Assembly: GCF_006345805.1 (NCBI RefSeq) | Contig: NC_043003.1 | Span: 57,846,001-57,910,000 of the forward strand | Origin: Octopus sinensis | Lineage: Eukaryota | Direction of reading: 5' to 3' | Length of the DNA stretch: 64,000 nucleotides | Part shown: one piece after another, positions 13,445 through 25,989 of the stretch | Position numbering within the stretch: position 1 is the first letter of the stretch | How the letters are laid out: each line of letters begins with the position of its first letter | Notes under the pieces: generated by a model | Databases searched by the model: none | Seen by the model: the letters and a program-made list of their open reading frames with translations, nothing else | Told to the model about the DNA's origin: nothing | Made by a program: the position numbers and the translations under genes

Positions 13445-13461
13445 CAGGGAATTCCAATATC

Positions 13462-13504
<43 letters not shown>

Positions 13505-13569
13505 CATCTAACTATCTATCTATCCATCTAACTATCTATCTATCTATCCATCTAACTATCTATCTATCC

Positions 13570-13608
<39 letters not shown>

Positions 13609-13725
13609 CATCTAACTATCTATCTATCCATCTAACTATCTATCTATCTATCCATCTAACTATCTATCTATCCATCTATCTATCTATCTATCTATCTATC
13701 TAGATAGATAGATAGATAGGAGATA
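13445..13725. repeat. (TCTA)n array with TCCATCTAACTA variant units, flipping to (GATA)n at ~13700
   Basis: Directly visible, including the CTATCTAGATAG palindromic junction. Confidence 0.9.
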
Positions 13726-13771
13726 GATATTTAGAAGATATATAGGTAGATAGATATAAAGATATAATATA

Positions 13772-13803
<32 letters not shown>

Positions 13804-14069
13804 CATACATACATACAGATATGCACACACACTCATATATATATATATATATATATACATACATATAATTTTTCAACATAAATCTTTAACTTTTAACCAG
13901 AAACTTCCATTTCATTGATTTTAATAATTGATGTGCGCGCGTACGCTTTTTATTTATTATTTATTTATTTATTTATTGTAGGGTTTAATGTAACTGCTGT
14001 AGCTTACATTATATCTGAAGCAGTGATTATGGTGATTGTGTGACTGTTTCATAGAGTAGGCGCTGACCT

Positions 14070-14830
14070 GGCTGTGTGTTAAGAAGCTTGCTTCCCAACC
14101 ACATGGTTCCGGGTTCAGTCCCACTGCATGGCACCTTCGGCAAGTGTCTACTACTATGGTAGCGGGACTTATCAAAGCATTGGAAATGGATTTGGGAGAC
14201 GGAAACTGAAAGAAACCCGTCGTATATCGGTGTGGCTGTGTGGTAAGAAGCTTACTATCCAACCACATGGTTCTGGGTTCAGTCCCACTGCCTGGCACCT
14301 TCGGCAAGTGTCTACTACTATGGTAGCGGGACTTATCAAAGCATTGGAAATGGATTTGGGAGACGGAAACTGAAAGAAACCCGTCGTATATCGGTGTGAC
14401 TGTGTGGTAAGAAACTTACTATCCAACCACATGGTTCTGGGTTCAGTCCCACTGCCTGGCACCTTCGGCAAGTGTCTACTACTATGGTAGCGGGACTGAT
14501 CAAAGCACTGGAAATGGATTTGGGAGGCGGAAACTGAAAGAAGCCTGTCGCACACACACACACACACACATATATGTATGTGTGTGTGTGTGTGTGTGTG
14601 TGCCTTTTTGTCTGGGTTTGTCCTCCAACAACCGATGTTGGTTTGTTTGCTTCTCCGTAACTTAGCGGTCGGCAAAAGAGACCAGTAAAATAACAACAAG
14701 GCTTTAAACAAAAAGTAACAATAACAACAAGTACTGGGGTCGAATGAATCCACCCCAGTACTTCTTCAAGGCGGTACCCCAGTATGGCCGCAGTCAAATG
14801 ACTGAAACAAGTTAAATATATAAAAATAAA
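14070..14830 (+). mobile_element. Family A SINE with three tandem heads
   Basis: Head starts at 14070, 14234 and 14398 (period 164), followed by one tail ending GACTGAAACAAG. Confidence 0.85.
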
Positions 14831-14944
14831 AAATAGTTCGTGACATTAACTCCCATAATAGTGACGACGACGATGATGATGATGTTACAAATATGGCCGT
14901 GGTTTGTGACATAACTCTAAAAATAACGAGATTTCATCATTTTG

Positions 14945-15015
14945 TCTTGTCCTATATCTTGTCCTATATCTTGTCCTATGTCTTGTCCTATATCTTGTCC
15001 TATTACATGTCCTAT
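14945..15015. repeat. 12-bp minisatellite (TCTTGTCCTATA)n
   Basis: About 6 units, degenerate at the 3' end; gives the LSYI repeat in ORF 14893-15306. Confidence 0.85.
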
Positions 15016-15257
15016 GTAATCACGTCTCTCCGTCTTTATTGCGGTCTCACCTCTCACCAATCCTCTCGTTCTCTTTTCAGTATCTCCTTTTTTCCCCTCT
15101 CGTTTCTTCTCTCTTTTTCTTCTGTACTCACAGCTCTATTTCGCCATCCGTCTGTTTCTCTCTGTCTTTCTACCATTTTCGTATTAATACTTGTCCAACA
15201 GCCTCTCTCTCTCTCTCTTCACAACATTCTTACGGTGATTCTTCACCAACTCCGCCG

Positions 15258-15288
<31 letters not shown>

Positions 15289-15439
15289 TTTACCATATTC
15301 TTGTAAAGACACACACTCTCTCTCTCTCTCTTCCCACCATATTCTTATGACACTTTTCTCCTGTTTTCTCGCTCCCACTGTGGTTTTCTTATTCTCTTTC
15401 CCGTAACACGTCTTTCTCTCTCTCACCGATAGAGAAGTG

Positions 15440-15474
<35 letters not shown>

Positions 15475-15477
15475 CAC

Positions 15478-15516
<39 letters not shown>

Positions 15517-15875
15517 TCTTCTACATCTCTTTCTTATCACGCAAACTCTCCCCCCTCCTCTCTCTCGCTGCAATGTTCTTATGCCACTTCACTCCACCAC
15601 ATTCGTATGACATTCACAATCTCTCTCTCTATCTCTCCTCAATGTTCTTATAACACACTCTCTCTCTCTCACTTTCTACCTCTCTCGTCATTTCTCTCAC
15701 CTTCTTCACTACAGTCTAATCTCACCTCATTCTCTCCCTCCTGCCTCTCCTACCCCTCCCTAGTTATACAACAACATCTTCCATGCACCGAAACCTACTT
15801 TAGTTTACCAATTCTGACAAACTGTAAACGTGGCCATCTATTACACATACATACATACATACATACATAAATAAT

Positions 15876-15911
<36 letters not shown>

Positions 15912-16122
15912 CCCTATATATGTGTGTGTCCTGCAACTATTTTCTTTATCCGTTGCATTCTTTTCGTTTCTCTTCTTTTTCTCCCTCTTTTTCTATTTAG
16001 ACTCTGAAATAATGACATAATGGAAGGAAAAAGTAAATCTAATGGCTTTTATAATTATATTTGTGTGGGATAGATAGATAGACAGACAGATAGACAGATA
16101 TATATATATAGATTGATGGATG

Positions 16123-16185
<63 letters not shown>

Positions 16186-16716
16186 GGTCTAAGAATCGTA
16201 TGTGTTGTGGTGTGTATACATACACGTTTATATATATATATATAATCATATGTGCAATTTGCACCTATCAAAATTTAAAAATCTACGCACACACACACAC
16301 ATACTCTTATGTACCCATTGACACGCAAGTGTGTATGTGTGTGTGTGTATATAAACACTCATGCATGAGTGTGCACATATTTGTTGTGGAAAAAAAAAAA
16401 AAAAAGACAAAATCACTGTACGAAAATCTCAATTGATCTAATGTTTTCTGTAAACAAGATGATCTTTACGGAAGTTCTGATGAGAAGCAGAAAGAATAAG
16501 ACGTAAAAACAACGTAAAAAGAAATCTGTCGAGTGCAAAAAAAAAAAAAAATTCCCATTTGACAGGGAAATGTTATTTATGAATAAATCTATTGAATAAT
16601 TTGAATCGTTTAAATGGTTCTGAAGGAAGATTTAATGGGGTGTGTATATGCATTTATGCACATCTGTATATATATATATATGTATAGTAATAAGTACGTG
16701 TGTGTGTATAAATACG

Positions 16717-16749
<33 letters not shown>

Positions 16750-17227
16750 TATATATATATACACACATACGTTTAAACTTTTGACCTATAGCTGGAGAGC
16801 TATTATTGACAACTTACGTTCTACTTTCAATCACCGTTCGGCATATTATATCTCTTTCTCTCTCTTTCTCGTCTCTCATTTCAAATATATAAACTATGTT
16901 TTATTATATCTATCAAATATGATAGCATCTACTTTGGCTATTAAAGCGTTCATGTGCTGGGTATCCTTCCTTAGGTAATTGTGCCCCCGCCCCCTGCTCA
17001 TCAGTCCATTGCTTCGCAAGAGATATATATATATATATAAAACATATAAAACAGTCAGCTCATGAAGTGTTAAATATGCTAGAAACAGCAGCCAAATCTC
17101 TCTGAAAATGTACCATTCTGACTATAAGAAAATGCGCCAAACAAGACCTCAATATGACTTTCACCAACCGCCAATTGGCTTTTAAAATCTTTAAAGATCA
17201 GATCAATTTGAATCCGCAAATATCTAT

Positions 17228-17638
17228 CTATATGCTTTTCTACTCTAAGCACAAGGCCCGAAATTTTGGAGGAGGATGGAGGGGGGCAGTCGATTAGATC
17301 GACCCCAGTACGCAACTGGTACTTAATTTATCAACCCTGAAAGGATGAAAGGCAAAGTCGACCTCGGCGGAATTTGAACCCAGAACGTAAAGACAGACGA
17401 ATTACCTAATTCTTTACTACCCACAGGGGGATAAACACAGAGGGGACAAACAAGGACAGACATAGGTATTAAGTCGATTACATCGACCCCAGTACGTAAC
17501 TGGTACTTAATTTATCGACCCCGAAAGGATGAAAGGCAAAGTCGACCTCGGCGGAATTTGAACTCACAACGTAACGGCAGACGAAATACCGCTAAGCATT
17601 TCGCCCGGCGTGCCGACGCTTCTGCCTGGTCGCCGCCT
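17228..17638 (-). mobile_element. Family B SINE dimer flanked by a 15-bp TSD
   Basis: TCCGCAAATATCTAT at 17213-17227 and 17639-17653. Core GTCGACTTTGCCTTTCATCCTTTCGGGGTCGATAAATTAAGTACCAG (Meta/Sauria-SINE-like domain from recollection; needs a database check). Confidence 0.85.
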
Positions 17639-18460
17639 TCCGCAAATATCTATATTCTCTGAAAATGGTACTGACTGATCTTCTTAAGAGTTATGTTTTT
17701 TGTTTGATGCTTTCATATGTTAAGTTTTTTCTGGTTTTTTTTCTTCTCTCTTTGAATAATTTCCATTGATAGCATTTAGTATTTTATTGGCATTAATAAG
17801 TGTCTCTTGTAAAAACAGTCTAAGTGTGTTGATGTTGTATTCTGTGCAACATATACTTTATACGAATTCTTAGCATTAGTACTAATTGACCGACATTTAT
17901 TTATTGTATTACATTTTTGTAACACACACAAAATACACACCGTTTTCATTGATGTATTTGAAAGATATCGCTGTCTTCCATAAATGTATTTATCAAGGTA
18001 CGGATTTCGTTTTGAGCAATGTGACAAGCGGGCGCTGCAGTATTGACAGGCTTCAACAAAGGCGAAATGCCTCCGTCGTTCTCGTTAATCATTGCAGCAT
18101 GCAGCAACGATGTTCGTCTCACTCTGATACACACACACGCACGCACACACATACATACACCTGATTTTATATCAGACAATTCCATGTCTTCATGCCTTCT
18201 AACGGTGTACGTATTTTTAGTGTGATACACAATATTTATGGAGGATTATGAGAGACTGAAAAAAGCCTGTCGTGTGTGTGTGTGTCTGTGAGTGTGTGCG
18301 TGTATCTTTGTGTTCGTCTCCCACCACCACCATTTGACAACCGATGTTGGTTTGCTTACGTTCTCGTAACTTAGCAGTTCAGCATTAGATATCGATAAAA
18401 TAAGTACCAAGAATAAAAAAAAAAACAGCATTCCTTCGGTATTGTGAGTGTCAGTGTGAG

Positions 18461-18538
18461 ATGACGTCATTCACCCTCTTTTTCAGTTTAGCCTCTTTAA
18501 TTGTTATGACTGATGGTTGTATGGGTGAATGACGTCAT
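18461..18538. promoter_or_regulatory. Two full CRE palindromes (TGACGTCA) within a 16-bp perfect inverted repeat
   Basis: ATGACGTCATTCACCC (18461-18476) and GGGTGAATGACGTCAT (18523-18538). Function unproven. Confidence 0.4.
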
Positions 18539-19129
18539 TTACCAATATCAAAAGATTGCAAAAAAAAAAACAGACGGAAAGAAAAGAATCTTTTCCGTTT
18601 GGTTACACCTGTGGAAATTCTAAAGTTTGGTGAAAACTTAAAAAATTTGGTGTATCGATGTAATTTTCCACGCTGAATCACCTCCAGGCTATTTCACTTT
18701 TACCAGGAAAAAATGTTGAGAAGATATACAGAGGTTTAAAGTTTGAAAAAAAATGCTGGAACCGATTTCGATAAAAAAAAAAAAGAAAGCCTTCGAAGCG
18801 ATGCTCCAGCATGGGCGCAGTCCTATCACTGAAGCAATGAAGAAGATTAAACAAGAAAACATTCCATTGGGTTTTATTGCTTTCTTATTGACACCCTTTA
18901 TTGACGGTTGTTGCTATCTTGGCTACTTTTAATTGTTTCTGAAACGGCTATGATATGCGTGTGTGTGTGTGCAGGTGGGTGTGTATGTGAGAGTTGGTGT
19001 TAATGAGTGCGTATTGGTGTTAGTGAGTGCAAGTATATATTTAGCCGTATACAAATGTATAAAATAGCTATATTTGAGATCCATTGCTAGGGTCATGGCT
19101 CTTGCTCGTTGTAATACCGGTGTTGGCCT

Positions 19130-19995
19130 GCAAAGGTGGTGGTGGTGGTGGTAGTAGTGGTAGTAGTAGTAGAAGTAATAACGGTGATCTTCGCTGTATC
19201 GATGGCGGAGGCGGTGGCGGTGGTGGTGGTGATGGTGGTAGTTGTTGAGGTTGTGGTGGTGGTGATAGTGGTTGCCGTTAATAAACTAGTGATAGATAAG
19301 ATGTGGTGCTTGTAATCAAGGTGGCGGCGGCGGTGGTGGTGGTGGGACTGGTGGTTGCAGGTGGTGGTGGTGGTGGTGGTACTGGTGGTTGCAGGTGGTG
19401 GTGGTGGTGGTGGTGGTACTGGTGGTTGCAGGTGGTGGTGGTGGTGGTTGCAGGTGGTGGTGGTGGGACTGATGGTTGCAGGTGGTGGTGGTGGTGCTGG
19501 TGGTGGTACTGGTGGTTGCAAGTGGTGGTGGTGGTGGTGGTGGTGGCGTTCTGCAGTCGGTGTCGCGGTGACAGTAAATGTTGAAAGTTGAGTGTTGGCA
19601 GTTTGTATCGTATTTGAACAGCCCAGCCAATCACCACCACAAAAAACCACCTCCCACCACCACCACCACCACCCAGACCACCACCCCGCCGCTATCTCCA
19701 ATAACAACTATATAACCAATACAACACGTGTCTCCTCTCACTCCGACACTGACTAGGTCAGTATGGTTCGTTTCAATAATCAAAAATACCTCCACCACAC
19801 CACCACCACAAAAAACCACCACCCCGCCGCCGCTATCTCCAATAACAACTATATAACCAATACAACACGTGTCTCCTCTCACTCCGACACTGACTAGGTC
19901 AGTATGGTTCGTTTCAATAATCAAAAATTACCTCCACCACCACCACCACAACCACCACCACCACCACCACCACCACCACCCAACGCCACCACCAC
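19130..19995. repeat. (GGT)n-rich array followed by (ACC)n-rich array containing a 141-bp-period duplication
   Basis: Directly visible; identical core at ~19686-19787 and ~19827-19928. Confidence 0.9.
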
Positions 19996-20307
19996 CGTCC
20001 GCCTCTCTCACCTCATACAAATACTGTTTCTTTCTTTTATGCTTTTTTTTTTCTCTCTCTCTCTCTTGGTCTTTATGGAAAAATGAGTGAGAGGCAGAGG
20101 CAGAGGCAGAGGAAAGGTTGAGGTAGAATTACAGAGAGGGAGGGAGAGTGATATTGAGTTAAATAGGTGTGAAAGAGAGAGGGTTACATCTGTACTTTAA
20201 TCTATGTATGCTTTTTTATGCATGGTGTATCTGTGCATATAGTAAAGAAATTATATTGTGTTCCCTGTGTGTGTATGAATGACTTCGTTCATGTATATAT
20301 ATATCAG

Positions 20308-20690
20308 GGGTGGCTGTGTGGTAAGTAGCTTGCTAACCAACCACATGGTTCCGGGTTCAGTCCCACTGCGTGGCATCTTGGGCAAGTGTCTTCTGCTATA
20401 GCCCCGGGCCGACCAATGCCTTGTGAGTGGATTTGGTAGACGGAAACTGAAAGAAGCCTGTCGTATATATGTATATATATATGTATGTGTGTGTGTTTGT
20501 TCCCCTAGCATTGCTTGACAACCGATGCTGGTGTGTTTACGTCCCCGTCACTTAGCGGTTCGGCAAAAAGAGACCGATAGAATAAGTACTGGGCTTACAA
20601 AAAGAATGAGTCCCGGGGTCGAGTTGCTCGACTAAAAGGCGGTGCTCCAGCATGGCCGCAGTCAAAATGACTGAAACAAGTAAAAGAAAA
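20308..20690 (+). mobile_element. Family A SINE, well-preserved copy
   Basis: A-box TGGCTGTGTGG, B-box-like GGTTCAGTCCC, CCTTGGGCAAG-like segment and complete tail; CpGs retained. Confidence 0.85.
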
Positions 20691-20742
20691 AAGAAAGAAA
20701 GAAATATGTATGTGAACAAGTGCATAAGTATAATTGTGTGTA

Positions 20743-20779
<37 letters not shown>

Positions 20780-21301
20780 ATGTGAATATGTGAATTTATG
20801 TGCGAAATAGAGAGACAGACAGATACATACATTCATAGAATGATAGATAGATACATAGATACATAGATAGATAGAATGATAGATAGATAGATGCATACAT
20901 ACATATATACATAACGCGTAATAAGTTGAGAAAGAGCGAGGTGAGAATTGAAGGAGGTTGAGGAGGGGAGAAAAAGGAAAATAAATATTAGAAGTATGTA
21001 AATAACTAAATAAATAAATAAATAAATCCAGAAATGTCAGAAGTACTCAGTCGCCTCTTCTGGCTTAACAAATAACTTCGCTGGCCTTTTTTTTTTTTAT
21101 ATTAGTTTTTTTTAAATTTTTTGTTTCTTGAAAAAAAAACCTGTCATATTACTTTTGCTTGTTCTCCCCCCATCCCCACCCCCGCTCCTCCTGATACTTG
21201 TACTCACCTTGCTTTCATTAAGGGCTTTTCACGTATGTAACAAGGAGGAAAGTAAGACTTAAAGTAAATAACAATAATAGTAATAATAATAATAATAACA
21301 A

Positions 21302-21900
21302 TCTTTTCTAGTGGAGGCACAAGGCCTCAAATTTGTTGGGAGGGAACTTGTCGATTTCATTGACTGACCCCAGTGTTTCCTTGGTATTTAATTTATCGAC
21401 CCCGAAATGATGAAAGGCAAAGTCGACCTCGGCGTAATTTGAACTCAGAACGTAGCTAAGCATTTTGCCCGGCGTGCTAACGATTCCACCAGCTCGCCGC
21501 CTTAATAATGATAATAGTAATAATAATAATAAACCTTTCTACTAAAGGCACAAGGCCTGAGATTTTTTTGGTGGGAACTCAACCTAAGGACGGACGAAAT
21601 GTCGCGAAGCATTTTGCCCGACGTGAGGCACAAGGCCTGAAATTAGAGGGAAAGGGAATAGTCGATTATATCGACCCCAGTGTTTCACTGGTACTTAATT
21701 TATCGACCCCGAAAGGATAAAAGAGAAAGTCGACTTCGGCGGAATTTTTTAAACTCAGAACGTAAAGTCGGACGAAATGTTGAATGGATGAAAGGTAAAA
21801 TTGACCTCGGCAGGATTTGAACATGAAACGTAAAGAACAGAATGAAGTGCAGCTCAGCGTTTTATCTGGCGTGCTAATGATTCTACCAAGCTCGCTTTGG
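21302..21900 (-). mobile_element. Cluster of family B SINE copies and fragments
   Basis: Repeated TCGACCCCGAAA..GGCAAAGTCGAC..GAACTCAGAACG segments. Confidence 0.75.
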
Positions 21901-21979
21901 CAGTCATTTCAAGGGGAGAACTAAGTCGATAATATTTAACCCCACGATAATGTTTAACCCCTACAAAGGACAAAACCGA

Positions 21980-22228
21980 GGATCTTTTCCTTTCGATAGA
22001 CAGAATTCAACACAATTTCTAGTTAACTAAACAATTTGAAACTTCGTATACTGGTAGAATGTGTCAAAAGAAAACATTATTTTCACTTGGCTTTTTTGAT
22101 AAATTTGTAATTCGTTTGTTTAACGTAGTTTAATTTTTCGAATTTTAACCAATCGTATGCTTTTGAGCTGAAATCATTTGCTGCGTTAGAAATTGTGTTG
22201 AATTCTGTCTATCAAAAGGAAAAGATCC
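21980..22228. mobile_element. Merlin-type MITE (42-bp TIRs, 9-bp TSD)
   Basis: TIR GGATCTTTTCCTTTCGATAGACAGAATTCAACACAATTTCTA matches 41/42 at the other end; flanks CAAAACCGA / CAAAAGCGA (8/9). Confidence 0.75.
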
Positions 22229-24309
22229 CAAAAGCGATCATTCTAGAATTTGAACTCAGAATTATATGAGTCAGTAAAAATACTGCTAAGTATTTTTTGT
22301 CCGACGATAAATAATTCTAAACAATAGATTGTTCAGTACAAAAAATGTAGAGTCCAATTAAATTCCTTCAAATGGTGGATTAACTATGCGTGATATTACT
22401 ACGACTGTTAGTTTCACCACTGGATTAGATCATAGCGTAATGGACGTCAATCCACCTCCACTCTAGGGGTGTAGAGTAACTGAGAAGAATGGTCTTCGTT
22501 TCTAGTAATCTTTAATTTATCCTCGATGCGCTTATATTTATGTTTCCATGTATTTTAAAAGAAAAATTGAAACAGCTTAAAAGTTATGTTTATGAACATG
22601 CAGTCTCCTCTTTCCTAGATGCAATTCGTGATTAATCGTATATAGGAACGGTTCGTGTGCATGTATATATATATATATATATATGTCTATGTATATAAAT
22701 CCAGTTTAAGAGTACATTCAACCTCCTTTCTGTTCAATATCATTTCAGTATTGTAAACTAACTTTAAATGATTAATTTCAAATGAAAATAAAGGATAGGC
22801 ACTTGAATAACAAAGAAATTATCGCGTGTGTGAGTGAGTGAGTATATGAAATATAAATACTTGTGTATATATTTATTTATATATGTATATGTATGTACGT
22901 ACGTACTTTATACATGCATAAGTATGTACGTACATATCTATGTATGCATATATGTAAGCAAGTTTGTTGATGGCGTTTGGATCATTTTTGAATATTTCTA
23001 ACCATTCATTCTATTGCCTTGCTACCTTTGACCCTCGTTATGAACCTGGCAAAAATCAACATGAACGCAAGAAATTGTTTTCTCTCATAAATATTTCCTT
23101 AATTTATTTGTGTGTATGTATATATATATATATGCAGAAGAGTATATATGTAAATGGGCGCACTCACATATGTGCTTTCAGAAACATATCCATGTATGTG
23201 TGTGTATGTATGTGCATATATATGTAAATCTGTATGTATGCTTGTATTATGAAATTTGTGTGAAAAGGTTTGTGTCTCTCTCTCTATATATATATGTGTG
23301 TGTTTGTGTGTGTCTCAATATATGAGAATGTGTACATATATACACGTATATACGCATACATGCTCATCTACATGTCTTTATGTCTTTATACGTATTATAA
23401 TATACACAGTTGAATTTGTATTTAAATGCACAGATATCCATACATATATGTAAAATAGATATACACACGCAAACATCGCCCTCTCTCTCTCTCTGTAACA
23501 AGCTATTAAGTTGTCTTTCCTCGCCCTTAAAAGTACCTCATCTATTCTTATCCATCACTTTCTCCCCTTCAGTCACCCCCTCCCTCCTCCCACCTCCATC
23601 GCTCATAAAACTCTTCAATTCTAATGGCTTCATTACATTTCCTAGTCTTGCTTGATCCTGGCTCCAGCGATTATCAGGATTTTTATTACAACTGCAGTTG
23701 CATTATGGCTGCAAATTAACTGCACTTGTTCATTCTAACCGCTATATTGGCAACATGCTGGGCACGGGGTCAGCAGTCAGGAGTGAAAGGTCACTTAGAT
23801 AGGGTTTCATAGATTAAGATTTTTGCCAAATATGGTGCAATCAGTGTGTGCGTGTGCACATATATGTGTATGTTTGTATTCGTGTTTGTGTGTGTGTGTG
23901 TGCGCGCATACGTATAGAAATATGTAGATTGATGTATTTTGCTACTGGAGGAGGAGGAGGAAGGGTGGTGGTCGTCGTCGTCGTTGTAGTCATGGTGGTG
24001 GGCTTCGGCTCTAGACCACTCTTGGTTGAATATTCATGATCAGAGACATTCTGCTCGTGACCGTTCCATCTTTTTTGGCCGATGTGTCTGTCTATCCTTC
24101 CGTTTTTTTTTTTTTTTTTTTTTTTTAATGATAGAATATAATTTGAGTGAGTTTGGGCTGCTATTTCCAACAAACTAAGGCGACTGTGTGTGTGAATCCA
24201 TCCCCCCCCCCCCACCTTGGCTCGATGCTTTCTCGTGATCGCGTGAAGGAAATTTTCTACAAGTATGTCTAACAATGCGTGCACATTGCGTGTACGTCTG
24301 AATATACGG

Positions 24310-24430
24310 GTGTGTATGTATGTATGGTTTTGTGTGTATGTATGTATGTATGTATGGTTTTGTGTGTATGTATGTATGTATGTATGGTTTTGTGTGTGTA
24401 TGTATGTATGTATGTATGGTTTTGTGTGTA
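24310..24430. repeat. ~30-bp minisatellite [GTGT(ATGT)nATGGTTTT]
   Basis: Four units directly visible. Confidence 0.85.
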
Positions 24431-25095
24431 TATCTTATGTGCATGTTTCTATGTGTCTACTTTGGAATAAATGCGTTATGAGAGAAAGCTTGCATTTTGC
24501 GCGCAGGTATTGAGTGTGTATATATACATAAATATGTTTGCGTAGCTGAAAAAATCTTTTAAACAATCCCCTCCTAATATACCAGTCTGTGTGTATAGTT
24601 GAATAAATAGAGAGATATGTATAAATAGATAACCATACAGGTTTGTCCATAATTCTGCACATATGCTCTTTTCATGGACTCGCACACATACATACACACA
24701 TTGTTTCGTTCTCTCTCTCTCTCCTCGCTTCCTCTCACACATGTCTTTACCTTATCTATACAAACATACACTTACACATACTAACATACACACACACACA
24801 CACACAGATTATACAAATGTCTCTTTAGCTTGCTCACATGCATACACTCATCTGTCTCTCTTTCTTTCTCACTTTGTCTTTCTCTCTGTCTCTCTCTCTT
24901 TCTTTCTCTCTGTCTCTCTCTCTCTCACACACACACACACATACACTATGTCAAACACATGCACTCACACAAGCATACACACACACACACATATTTGCAT
25001 AATCGCAAACTGCACTCTCAGAGAGTCACTCACGCTTGCACAACCATCTTTTGCTTTCAAACCACACACACACACACACATACATACACACACAC

Positions 25096-25126
<31 letters not shown>

Positions 25127-25571
25127 CATACATACATACACACACGCACACATACATGCCTACTCGCGTACAGACGCACACATATTTTTAACCATACAAG
25201 TTGTATTTTGGTTATTGTTTTGTACAGTTGTAGTTTGTGTTTGGTATTTGTGAATGTTATACTTTATTGATCCTCTTCTTTTGTTTAGAAACCATCTTTA
25301 GTCAAGTAGACTCCTCAAGTACTCACTCACCCTTTCCTCTTCCTTCTCATCCCGCTCTCAAATTGGAAACCAATGATTTATTAGTTTATATATACATATA
25401 TATATACAGCACACATATATAATGTATATAGTACACATTCATATACACGCAACAACACAATTGCGTGTACTTGTGTTTCTGGTTAATTGTGTTTTTGTAT
25501 GTGATAAATATATGTGTATGTATATATATATTACATACATACATATACATTTACGTGTGTGGTTTATTGTT

Positions 25572-25609
<38 letters not shown>

Positions 25610-25662
25610 TATATATATATGCCTCTGGCTCCCTATATCGGTGTGGTGCTGCCTCTAGCTTC

Positions 25663-25695
<33 letters not shown>

Positions 25696-25989
25696 CCTAC
25701 ACACATATTTGTGCGTGTACATAAAATGTGTGTGAGTGTATATATATATATTATATATATATATATATATATACATACGCCTTGTGAAGTGGTTCAGTGA
25801 TTCAGTTATTGACCTCTTTACTTGTAGAACAAAACAACTGTACTGTCTTTGGCAGTCAATAAAAATTTATTTGTTTTTGTTGCTATTGTGGTTGTTTTGG
25901 CTGCTATTGTTGTGGTTGATGTTTTTTCGTGATTTTTTTTCATATTAAATTACTTTCTTTTCTTACTCTGATATACTGTACTGTTAGTT

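Noticed and set aside
17228-17640. CRISPR-like repeated GTCGAC/TCGACCCC motifs
   Set aside because: Internal motifs of family B SINEs; no constant repeat-spacer periodicity and a eukaryotic context.
22370-22430. Two GGATTA (K50 homeodomain) sites
   Set aside because: A hexamer expected roughly once per 1-2 kb at this base composition; a close pair is not significant over 64 kb.
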